DNA of 33,194 nucleotides. It comes from Candidatus Kryptonium sp. (GTDB lineage Bacteria > Bacteroidota > Ignavibacteria > Kryptoniales > Kryptoniaceae). The notes beneath the pieces were generated by a model that made no database searches, was not told the origin of the DNA, and saw nothing but the letters and a program-made list of their open reading frames with translations. Of the stretch, positions 20,846 to 29,018 are shown piece by piece. The position numbers and the translations under genes are program-made. Every line of letters starts with the position of its first letter. Positions within the stretch are counted from its first letter, which is position 1. The stretch is from assembly GCA_046289115.1 (NCBI GenBank), contig JBKBWH010000001.1:1-33194 (forward strand). The letters run 5' to 3'.

Positions 20846-21289
20846 TTATTTTGAGCCAAGGACTTTTGCTGCAACAGTTTCATAATCAGGTTGACCTTTT
20901 TCGTATTCTTCATAAACCTCAGGATTCCAAATTTCAATCTTATCAAGTGTGCCAATCAGAATCGCCTCTCTATCTATCTTTGCAAACTCAAGAAGATTTT
21001 TCGGAATCATAATTCTGGATTGATTATCAAGCGTAACCTCATTCGCCCACATCAGAAGAACCCTCATAACATACCGATGCTCGGGGTTAAATGTGTTCAG
21101 CTCTCTTAATCTTTTTTCAATTTTCTCCCATTCGTCAAGTGGATAAAGAAAAAGACAATGGTCCAAACCTCTCGTGATTACAAAGGTTTCATTTGCCTCT
21201 GGCGAAAGAGATTTACGCCACCTCGCCGGGATGCTCACTCGACCTTTTTCGTCCACCGCATATTTGTATTTTCCTATAAACGATAGCAT
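20846..21289 (-). CDS. mraZ: transcriptional regulator MraZ
   Basis: FIGKY..VDEKGRVSIPA and LDNQSRIMIP...IEIWN duplicated AbrB-like motifs. Start placed at ATG 21289 (MLSFIG). Confidence 0.95.
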   Translation of the reverse strand: MLSFIGKYKYAVDEKGRVSIPARWRKSLSPEANETFVITRGLDHCLFLYPLDEWEKIEKRLRELNTFNPEHRYVMRVLLMWANEVTLDNQSRIMIPKNLLEFAKIDREAILIGTLDKIEIWNPEVYEEYEKGQPDYETVAAKVLGSK

Positions 21290-21307
21290 AAATAATTTAA
21301 ATTTTTT

Positions 21308-21332
21308 ACCACAAATCACCACTATTTACCAC
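21308..21332 (-). promoter_or_regulatory. MraZ-binding direct repeats (3x GTGGT at 10-bp period)
   Basis: ACCAC occurs at 21308, 21318 and 21328 on the plus strand (GTGGT on minus), exactly 10 bp apart, between the promoter and mraZ start. This matches the known GTGG-type 10-bp-period MraZ operator layout. Confidence 0.82.
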
Positions 21333-21342
21333 TGCACCCTTA

Positions 21343-21370
21343 AATATACACTTTTAAATCGCTTAGTCAA
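21343..21370 (-). promoter_or_regulatory. sigma70-type promoter for the mraZ/dcw operon
   Basis: Minus strand TTGACT (21370-21365), 16-nt spacer, TATATT (21348-21343); lies directly upstream of the MraZ repeats. Confidence 0.65.
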
Positions 21371-21450
21371 GTCTCCACCCAACCTAATCGATATAAGTGC
21401 GTTATTTCGGCTTTACATAAAGTTCGAAAGGAAAGAGAAATAAAAAAGAT

Positions 21451-21479
21451 TTGATTTTTAAACAAATGTTCAGTATATT
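21451..21479 (+). promoter_or_regulatory. sigma70-type promoter of the lexA-like gene with an SOS-box-like site in the spacer
   Basis: TTGATT (21451-21456), 17-nt spacer, TATATT (21474-21479). The spacer holds AAAC-AAAT-GTTC (21460-21471), one mismatch from GAAC-N4-GTTC. Confidence 0.65.
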
Positions 21480-21518
21480 GCCACATGGAAAACCGAGAAA
21501 ACAAAAGTCCAAAAACTG

Positions 21519-22148
21519 ATGAAAGAAGCGTTGACCAAAAGACAGAATCAAATTTTTGAATTTATCAAAAAATATACGATTGAAAATCACAAACCGCCAA
21601 CGATACGAGAGATTTGCAAAAAATTTAACTTTAAGTCAACAAACTCGGCTTATTCGGTTTTAAAAGCCTTGGAAAGAAAAGGGTATATTCAAAGAACAAA
21701 CTTGAAAGCAAGGAACATAAATATAAACGATCTTAAACTTGACAAAACCCAAATCGATCTTAAAGAAATACCGCTCATCTCAACTTTTGACGCTCAAAAT
21801 CCATTGGCAATGTTTACAAACTTAAACGGAACAATAAAACTTGATATGAAAATCTTTGATACCTCACCATCCTTCGCAGTTGAAGTCACCGATGATGGAA
21901 TGCAAAAGAATGGGATCTTCAAGGGAGATATAGCAATTATAACCCAAAATTTGGAGATCAAAAATGGGAGTATCGTCTTCGCCGTAATTAAAAACGAAGG
22001 ATTAATTCGACATTATAAAAACGAAAACAACGAGATCTACCTTATACCATCAAGCAGAGGTTATGAAACCCTAAAATTTAAAGAGGGAGATAAAAATCTA
22101 TGGATTGGCGGTGAGGTCTCCTTCATCATAAGAAAACTGAAGCGTTAA
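21519..22148 (+). CDS. lexA: LexA-family repressor with degenerate (non-cleavable) S24 peptidase domain
   Basis: N-terminal LTKRQ..IFEFI...PPTIREI...STNS...LKALERKGYI wHTH. The C-terminal domain aligns by eye to LexA, but AG is AQ (92-93), GDSM is DDGM (G127) and TVKR is LIRH (R164). Confidence 0.85.
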   Translation: MKEALTKRQNQIFEFIKKYTIENHKPPTIREICKKFNFKSTNSAYSVLKALERKGYIQRTNLKARNININDLKLDKTQIDLKEIPLISTFDAQNPLAMFTNLNGTIKLDMKIFDTSPSFAVEVTDDGMQKNGIFKGDIAIITQNLEIKNGSIVFAVIKNEGLIRHYKNENNEIYLIPSSRGYETLKFKEGDKNLWIGGEVSFIIRKLKR

Positions 22149-25100
22149 CTCCTCAAGCAAACCTAAAAATTTGATAAGATTTTGTCTTGCAGTGACTGAA
22201 TATTTGAACTTTAAAACTAATCTCGTCTCTCCAGCCACCTTCTCAAATTTTAGACTCGCACCCTTTGAAAAAACATCCACAACTTCTTTAAAAACTTCTG
22301 AGTTTACCAGATTTTCCCCAGGGATGACAACAACATGTTCCCTGCCGATTTCAACGCGCCGAATATAATTCTTTTCAGATAAATGCTTTATCTTCGAAAT
22401 TAAAATTAAGTTCTCCGCCTCCTCAGGCAATTTCCCAAATCTATCTTCAAGTTCATCTTTTATCGCCTCAATTTCATCCAAACTCCCAGCTTCATACAAT
22501 TTTTGATAATAGCTGAATCGCTCGGAATCAGAGTCAATATAATAATCAGGAATAAAAGCGTTCACCTCTGCAGAAACTATCGCATCAAATTTCTTTCTTA
22601 ACTTCCTCTCACCTTTAAAAATATCTTTAAACTCACGCTGCTTCAGCTCCTCAACTGCTTCCTCAAGTATTCTGCAGTAAAGATCAAATCCAATAGAGTT
22701 GATAAAACCCGTTTGCTCCTTGCCAAACAAATTCCCTATCCCCCGAATCTCCATATCCCTTAAAGCAAGATTTAAACCCGAACCGAGTTCCGTAAACTCT
22801 TCGATCGCTGATAGCCTGCGAATAGCATTTGTTCCTATTGCCTCAACCGGAGGTATCACAAGATAAGCATACGCTTGCCTATTTGAACGCCCAACCCTTC
22901 CACGAAGTTGGTAAATCTCCGCAAGACCAAATGTATGCGCATTGTAGATAAAAATCGTATTTACATTCGGAATATCAATACCTGCCTCAATTATCTTCGT
23001 TGAAATCAAAATATCAAACTTCTGATCAAGAAACCCAAGCATCACCTTCTCAATAGCGGATGATTTCATTTTCCCATGAACAACATCAAATCTTAAGTCA
23101 GGAACAATTTCCCTTAAAAATCTCGCTATATCTTCAATCTCTGCTATTTTATCAACCACAAAATAAACCTGACCCCCTCTGCTTACCTCGTGATAAATTG
23201 CGTTTTTAACAATATCAGCAAATTTTGGAGAATTGACTGTTATTATCTTTGTAATTATTGGAAGGCGATTCGGCGGTGGAGTGTTAATTATCGACATATC
23301 CCTCGCACCCATAAGCGAGAAATACAGTGTCCTTGGAATAGGAGTAGCACTCAAAGTTAAAGTATCAACATTAACCTTTACCTTCCGCAACTTCTCCTTA
23401 GCCTCAACCCCAAATCTGTGCTCCTCATCTATGATCAATAAACCGAGATCCTTAAATCTCACATCATTTGAAAGCAATCTATGTGTCCCAATGATTATAT
23501 CAATCTCTCCTTTCTCAAGGTCTTCAATTATTTTCATCTGCTTCGCCCTCGGAATAAATCTTGAAATAACCTCAACCCTTACTGGATAGTTTTTCAATCT
23601 CTCCGTAAATGTTTTATAATGCTGATGTGCAAGAATCGTTGTTGGAACGAGCACCGCAACCTGTTTTTTATCTAAAATTGCTTTAAATGCTGCCCTTATC
23701 GCAACCTCCGTCTTCCCAAACCCCACATCACCACATATCAATCTATCCATCGGTTTCTCGCTTTCCATATCCCACTTGACCTCAATTGTCGCCCTTCGCT
23801 GATCTGGTGTATCCTCATAAATGAAGGACGCTTCCATTTCCTTCTGCAGATAATTATCGGGGGAAAATTTAAAACCCTTTACATAACTTCGTTTCGCATA
23901 AAGCCATATAAAATCTCTCACAACCTTTTTAATACCATCTTTCGTCCGCTCTTTAAGTTTTTCCCACTCCGCTGAGCCAAGTTTATTCAGTCTCGGAACA
24001 ACCCCTTCTTCCCCGCGATACTTTTTTATCCTGTTAATGTAATTCAAATTCACATATAAAATTCCACCATCGGCATATTCAAGCCGAACCGCTTCCTGGT
24101 CAATTCCATTTATTCTTATTTTCTGAAGCCCCACAAATTTCCCAATCCCATAATCAACATGAACAACAAAATCACCCGGTTTAAGCATTTCAAGTTCATG
24201 AAGAGTTATCCCCTTAAACTTTCTATACTTTAAAAAATTCCTTGCCTTAACCCTGTTGAAAATTTCATGCTCTGTGAAGACAGCAATTCTATCCTTAGTT
24301 AAAATGAAACCTGAATTTAACGATTTTTCGCTAAAATGAATTTTCATCGCCTCTTCAAATCCCATTGCGTCCTCAGAAAGGTCCTTCATCCTTTCCATCT
24401 GTTCCTTTCCGTCGCATAAAACAAAAACTTCAAACCCATCCCTTAACAGTTTTCCAACCCCCTCCGAAAATAAAGTTATACTGCTATTGAAAAATGGCTG
24501 TGCCCTTGATGAAAAATTTACAACATCCCCATTTAAGTCTCCAGTCTCCAGCCTCAAAACATTTATGAACTTTTTAAATTTAATCCCTTCAAATATGTCC
24601 TCATCAATCGCTTGAATCACAAGATTTTTATCTTCAACAATACAAATTGAATCATCCAACAGCCGTGAAACCTCAACCATCTCAAAATTTGAATCTGTAA
24701 GCTTTGGAACTACGACGGTTCGATTTAAATTTCTCAATGACCTCTGCGTGAAAATATCGAATTCCCTTATCGATGCCACCTCATCATCAAAAAATTCAAT
24801 TCTTATAGGAAACTCACCCACAAACCCAAAAACATCAATGATGCTTCCCCTTACGCTGTAATCTCCTCTCGACTCAACATACCTCTTCTTTTCAAAACCT
24901 TCCTTCACAAGATAAGAAATAAAAGTATCATAATTTACCTTCTCACCAACCGAAAGAACAAAAGAATGAGTGTTAAGTTCTTTGCTTAAAGGAACTTTCT
25001 CCTCGATCTGCTTTATCGAAAGAATTATAACTTTATCGCCACGTGTATATTCATGGGCAAACTTAACCCTTAAAATATCAATATCATCCGCCAGCATATC

Positions 25101-25355
25101 TTCATCTGGGATGAACTCAAAAACCTTATCCTCACCAATGATGAAATTCACATCATCCGCAACCCTGCGCCCAAATTCCTCATCCTGAACAACGACTATA
25201 ACTCTATCCCCAAACTTTAGATATACATAAGCAACAATAAAACTAAAAAGAGAGCCAGCAACATTTTTTAAGTTTATACTCCTCTCCCGGCTCTCCAAAA
25301 ATTCACCTAACTTTTCAAACTTATCTATTTTAAAAATTTTTTCTACGAAATCCAT
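22098..25355 (-). CDS. mfd: transcription-repair coupling factor
   Basis: RGSIIDVF...IRIEFFDDEV UvrB-like region, GDFVVHVDYGIGKF RID, DRLICGDVGFGKTEVA, DEEHRFGV, QLRGRVGRS, DMEIRGIGNLFG and a TRCF C-terminal domain. Confidence 0.97.
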   Translation of the reverse strand: MDFVEKIFKIDKFEKLGEFLESRERSINLKNVAGSLFSFIVAYVYLKFGDRVIVVVQDEEFGRRVADDVNFIIGEDKVFEFIPDEDMLADDIDILRVKFAHEYTRGDKVIILSIKQIEEKVPLSKELNTHSFVLSVGEKVNYDTFISYLVKEGFEKKRYVESRGDYSVRGSIIDVFGFVGEFPIRIEFFDDEVASIREFDIFTQRSLRNLNRTVVVPKLTDSNFEMVEVSRLLDDSICIVEDKNLVIQAIDEDIFEGIKFKKFINVLRLETGDLNGDVVNFSSRAQPFFNSSITLFSEGVGKLLRDGFEVFVLCDGKEQMERMKDLSEDAMGFEEAMKIHFSEKSLNSGFILTKDRIAVFTEHEIFNRVKARNFLKYRKFKGITLHELEMLKPGDFVVHVDYGIGKFVGLQKIRINGIDQEAVRLEYADGGILYVNLNYINRIKKYRGEEGVVPRLNKLGSAEWEKLKERTKDGIKKVVRDFIWLYAKRSYVKGFKFSPDNYLQKEMEASFIYEDTPDQRRATIEVKWDMESEKPMDRLICGDVGFGKTEVAIRAAFKAILDKKQVAVLVPTTILAHQHYKTFTERLKNYPVRVEVISRFIPRAKQMKIIEDLEKGEIDIIIGTHRLLSNDVRFKDLGLLIIDEEHRFGVEAKEKLRKVKVNVDTLTLSATPIPRTLYFSLMGARDMSIINTPPPNRLPIITKIITVNSPKFADIVKNAIYHEVSRGGQVYFVVDKIAEIEDIARFLREIVPDLRFDVVHGKMKSSAIEKVMLGFLDQKFDILISTKIIEAGIDIPNVNTIFIYNAHTFGLAEIYQLRGRVGRSNRQAYAYLVIPPVEAIGTNAIRRLSAIEEFTELGSGLNLALRDMEIRGIGNLFGKEQTGFINSIGFDLYCRILEEAVEELKQREFKDIFKGERKLRKKFDAIVSAEVNAFIPDYYIDSDSERFSYYQKLYEAGSLDEIEAIKDELEDRFGKLPEEAENLILISKIKHLSEKNYIRRVEIGREHVVVIPGENLVNSEVFKEVVDVFSKGASLKFEKVAGETRLVLKFKYSVTARQNLIKFLGLLEELTLQFSYDEGDLTANP

Positions 25356-25365
25356 CGTCTGAAAC

Positions 25366-26301
25366 TTAGATCAATGTTTTCCCTTCAATTGCTGCCCTCA
25401 CGAATCCATCAGCTTTTCTCAGCCTTTCTCGTGCCTCTTCAGCAGAACAACCTGTCTTTATCATAACAATTGCTGTCTTCACATGACCACCGGCTTCTTT
25501 TAAATATTTTTCGGCTGTTGCATAATCAACCCCAGTAACTATCATAACCACCCTCTTTGCTCTCTCCTTTAACTTCTCGCTTGTCATCTGAAGGTCAACC
25601 ATAAGATTTTCGTAAACCTTTCCAAGCCTTATCATGGCGGTTGTTGAAATCATGTTAAGAATTAATTTTTGCGCCGTTCCCGACTTCATTCGCGTCGAAC
25701 CCATTATCACCTCCGGACCAACTTCGGCACAAATTGCAACATCGACAAAGGGATAATTAAATTGATTCCGCGGATTTGTGGTTATAAAAATTGTCTTTGC
25801 GCCAAGCTCTTTAGCCCTTCTTATAGCTCCAACCACATAAGGAGTCCTTCGGCTTGCTGCAATTCCACAGACAACATCTTTCTCATTGACATTTTTCGCT
25901 TCAATATCCCTTATCCCATCTTCCTCTCTATCCTCCGCACCTTCCTGAGCCCTGAACACAGCTTCGGGGCCACCAGCAATTATTCCCTGAACCATTTCCG
26001 GATCGGTTCCAAATGTTGGCGGACACTCAGCAGCATCAAGAATCCCAAGCCTACCACTTGTCCCAGCACCAATATAAATTAGTCTCCCGCCTCGCTTAAA
26101 CGCTTGCACGACAAGCTCAACCGCCTGCGCAATGTATGGTATCTCCTTTTCAACAACATAAGGTACTTTTTTATCTTCATCGTTGATGATTTTTAAAATC
26201 TCAATCGTTGATTTTGAATCAATATCCATGCTTGCTGGATTTCTCTGTTCAGTTATCAAGTTCAATAGCTCGTCAAATAGCTCTTTCCCTGATTTTGCCA
26301 T
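25366..26301 (-). CDS. murQ: N-acetylmuramic acid 6-phosphate etherase
   Basis: [68 protein letters not shown]. Confidence 0.96.
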   Translation of the reverse strand: MAKSGKELFDELLNLITEQRNPASMDIDSKSTIEILKIINDEDKKVPYVVEKEIPYIAQAVELVVQAFKRGGRLIYIGAGTSGRLGILDAAECPPTFGTDPEMVQGIIAGGPEAVFRAQEGAEDREEDGIRDIEAKNVNEKDVVCGIAASRRTPYVVGAIRRAKELGAKTIFITTNPRNQFNYPFVDVAICAEVGPEVIMGSTRMKSGTAQKLILNMISTTAMIRLGKVYENLMVDLQMTSEKLKERAKRVVMIVTGVDYATAEKYLKEAGGHVKTAIVMIKTGCSAEEARERLRKADGFVRAAIEGKTLI

Positions 26302-26302
26302 T

Positions 26303-27025
26303 TTATACCTTTTTTGTTGTTAATTTCATTAACACAACCTTTTTGTCTTTAAAGTTTATCTTCTCAAACCCTTGAAAATTTAACTCAAGGATTTCAACAC
26401 CAGCCACAAAACCCGTTTTAAACGCATTTTTAATCTCATCTTCAATATCTCCACCTTTGAAAGCAATTAAAGAACCAGAATGAAGATAACTCCTTTGGTC
26501 TATTTTCTCCAAGAATTTTTTTGAGAAATTTTGAGGATTTAAAAATTCCACGCTCCATTTCACAATCTTTTTTAACTGTCCAACAGCTCTGCAAATTACA
26601 TAATCAAATTTGCCCCTGTATTCTTCTAACTTTGAAATTTCTTCCGCTCTCCCCCAAACTGCTTTAGCATTCTCAAGACCCAACTTTTTTAAAATATCAG
26701 ATACCGCCTCAACCTTTTTTCGTGTTCCATCAAGAAGGACAAACTTTACGCTCTCATTTAAGATTGCCCAAGGTATCCCGGGCAATCCACCGCCCGTTCC
26801 AAGATCAAGTATTAAAGAATTTGGCTCGATCTCAATTTTAAACAAAGGCGAAACACAGTGAAGTATATGCCTGCCCCAAATGTCGGTTTCCTCCCTTGAG
26901 ACCAAGTTCACCTTTTCATTCCACTTAAGCAAAAGATCTACATAATTTTGTAAAAGGCTTGCTTTATCCTCGCAGATCTCTAAACCATTTAACCTGCACA
27001 TCTCGATAAATTCTTCAAAGCTCAT
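26303..27025 (-). CDS. rsmG: 16S rRNA m7G527 methyltransferase (GidB)
   Basis: [34 protein letters not shown]; follows mnmG. Confidence 0.94.
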   Translation of the reverse strand: MSFEEFIEMCRLNGLEICEDKASLLQNYVDLLLKWNEKVNLVSREETDIWGRHILHCVSPLFKIEIEPNSLILDLGTGGGLPGIPWAILNESVKFVLLDGTRKKVEAVSDILKKLGLENAKAVWGRAEEISKLEEYRGKFDYVICRAVGQLKKIVKWSVEFLNPQNFSKKFLEKIDQRSYLHSGSLIAFKGGDIEDEIKNAFKTGFVAGVEILELNFQGFEKINFKDKKVVLMKLTTKKV

Positions 27026-27061
27026 CGAACAAATTTTTTAACTTAAAGATCACATCAAAAG

Positions 27062-27077
27062 TGTTTCACGTGAAACA
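27062..27077. other. parS centromere site
   Basis: Exact TGTTTCACGTGAAACA consensus within a perfect 26-bp palindrome, AAAAGTGTTTCACGTGAAACACTTTT (27057-27082). Confidence 0.93.
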
Positions 27078-27080
27078 CTT

Positions 27081-28970
27081 TTAACCTTTCAGATAAACCA
27101 TTAGAACTGATATATCAGCAGGTGAAACGCCGGAAATTCTTGAAGCTTGACCTATCGATCTTGGTCTGACCTTCATTAATTTTTCTCTTGCTTCAGTTGA
27201 AAGCGATTTAACTTTGTTATAATCAAAATCCGGTGGAATTTCCATTGTCTCATACTTCTCGAACTTTTCAATCTCCTCAAGTTGTCTTTGAATGTATCCT
27301 TCGTACTTTACTTCAATTTCAACTTGCTTTAATACATCTTTCCTTCGCAAAACCTTTTGTAGAATATTATCGGACTTGAACGCTTCAAGATCAAAAAGTT
27401 CAGATATGTTGACCTCAGGTCTTTTTATGAGTTGTTCAAGCTTTTCGTTTTGCTCAAGTGGTTTTGAACCTATTTTTTCAAGATATGAGTTGACCTCAGA
27501 AGGTTTAACGCTTCTATTTTTAATAAAGTAAAGCGCCTCCTTGATCATTTCCTCCTTCTCAAGCAACCTTTGGTAAACATCGCTTGGGATCAATCCGAAC
27601 TTATACCCATACTTCATCAGCCTTCTATCCGCATTATCTTGTCTCAACATCAATCTATACTCAGCTCTTGATGTGAACATTCTATAAGGCTCATCAATGA
27701 TTTTGTTTATCAGGTCATCAATCAAAACTCCAATGTAAGCTTCGCTTCGCTTCAGAATAAATTCATCTTCACCTTTAATTTTAAGCGCAGCATTTATTCC
27801 AGCTATTATCCCCTGCGCAGCAGCCTCCTCATAGCCGGAGGTTCCATTTATTTGTCCAGCAAAGTAAAGTCCCTCAACAAGCTTTGTTTCAAGCGTCAAT
27901 TTTAACTGATGCGGTGGGAAAAAGTCATATTCAACGGCATATCCCGGGCGAAGCATTTTCACATTTTCAAGCCCGGGTATTGTTTTCAATCCCGCAAGTT
28001 GGATCTCAACTGGCAAACTTGTCGAAAAACCGTTAACATACATTACATGCGTATCCCTTCCCTCAGGTTCGAGAAAAATTTGATGTCTTTCCTTATCCCT
28101 AAAGCGATAAACTTTATCTTCAATTGAAGGACAGTATCTTGGACCTCGACCTTTGATAAGACCTGTAAAAAGTGGAGATCGATCAAATCCTTTTTCTAAA
28201 ATTTTGTGCGTTTCTTCGTTTGTATAGGTTAAATAACAAGGGATTTGATCTTTGATTATTTCTTTCGTTTGGAAGGAAAAAGGTTCAGCATCGGGGTCCC
28301 CAGGTTCAACTTGAACCTTTGAATAGTCGACGGTTCGTGCATCAATCCTTGGCGGAGTTCCTGTTTTTAACCTTCCGCTCACAAAGCCAAGCTTTTCGAG
28401 CGACTCCGTAAGTCCCGTCGCTGCAGGTTCACCAAACCTTCCACCAACCCTGCTTATAAGCCCAGTGTACATCTTCCCATTCAAAAATGTCCCAGCTGCA
28501 ATTATAAGTGCCTTACACGCAATTTTTATATCAAGCCCAGTTCTAATTCCGACAACTTTGCCATTTTCAACGAAAATTTCCGTCACAACATCCTGCATTA
28601 TATCAAGTCCCTCTTGAGCTTCCACACGCCTTCGCGCCTCTATTGAATATTGCTCGCGATCATTTTGAGTTCTCAAAGACCATACCGCAGGACCTTTCGA
28701 CTTGTTCAAAATTCTATATTGAATTGCGGTCGCATCCGCAATTTTACCTATCTCCCCACCAAGCGCATCAACTTCTCTAACCAAATGCCCTTTTGCAGTA
28801 CCACCAACCGCAGGATTACATGACATCCGACCGATAGCAGTTATATCCATCGTCATAAGAAGCGTTTTCATTCCCATTCTGGCAGAAGCCAGCGCTGCTT
28901 CAATTCCAGCATGTCCTCCACCAACAACTATAACATCATAGGTTTCATCTATCGTTGGGTTTATCATCAT
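27081..28970 (-). CDS. mnmG: tRNA uridine-5-carboxymethylaminomethyl modification enzyme (GidA)
   Basis: [76 protein letters not shown]. Confidence 0.98.
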   Translation of the reverse strand: MMINPTIDETYDVIVVGGGHAGIEAALASARMGMKTLLMTMDITAIGRMSCNPAVGGTAKGHLVREVDALGGEIGKIADATAIQYRILNKSKGPAVWSLRTQNDREQYSIEARRRVEAQEGLDIMQDVVTEIFVENGKVVGIRTGLDIKIACKALIIAAGTFLNGKMYTGLISRVGGRFGEPAATGLTESLEKLGFVSGRLKTGTPPRIDARTVDYSKVQVEPGDPDAEPFSFQTKEIIKDQIPCYLTYTNEETHKILEKGFDRSPLFTGLIKGRGPRYCPSIEDKVYRFRDKERHQIFLEPEGRDTHVMYVNGFSTSLPVEIQLAGLKTIPGLENVKMLRPGYAVEYDFFPPHQLKLTLETKLVEGLYFAGQINGTSGYEEAAAQGIIAGINAALKIKGEDEFILKRSEAYIGVLIDDLINKIIDEPYRMFTSRAEYRLMLRQDNADRRLMKYGYKFGLIPSDVYQRLLEKEEMIKEALYFIKNRSVKPSEVNSYLEKIGSKPLEQNEKLEQLIKRPEVNISELFDLEAFKSDNILQKVLRRKDVLKQVEIEVKYEGYIQRQLEEIEKFEKYETMEIPPDFDYNKVKSLSTEAREKLMKVRPRSIGQASRISGVSPADISVLMVYLKG

Positions 28971-28999
28971 CGTTTTGCTTTAAAATTTTGTTTTCAAAA

Positions 29000-29015
29000 T
29001 GTTTCACGTGAAACA
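29000..29015. other. parS centromere site
   Basis: Second exact TGTTTCACGTGAAACA, in the mnmE-mnmG intergenic gap. Confidence 0.93.
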
Positions 29016-29018
29016 CTT

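Noticed and set aside
20845-20955. Apparent 110-nt rsmH/mraZ overlap
   Set aside because: Longest-ORF artefact. RsmH homology begins at ATG 20844.
21402-21590. 62-aa minus-strand ORF across the lexA promoter, and plus-strand ORF 21174-21443
   Set aside because: Low-complexity F/L/K-rich translations over regulatory DNA, with no RBS or motif support.
25669-26082. Antisense ORFs such as 25669-26082, 19685-20131, 7529-7927 and 3405-3797
   Set aside because: They are shadows of well-conserved genes on the opposite strand, with no recognisable motifs or RBS.
27057-29015. parS repeats as CRISPR repeats or IS ends flanking mnmG
   Set aside because: There are only two copies, 1.9 kb apart, both exact parS consensus, with no cas or transposase gene.
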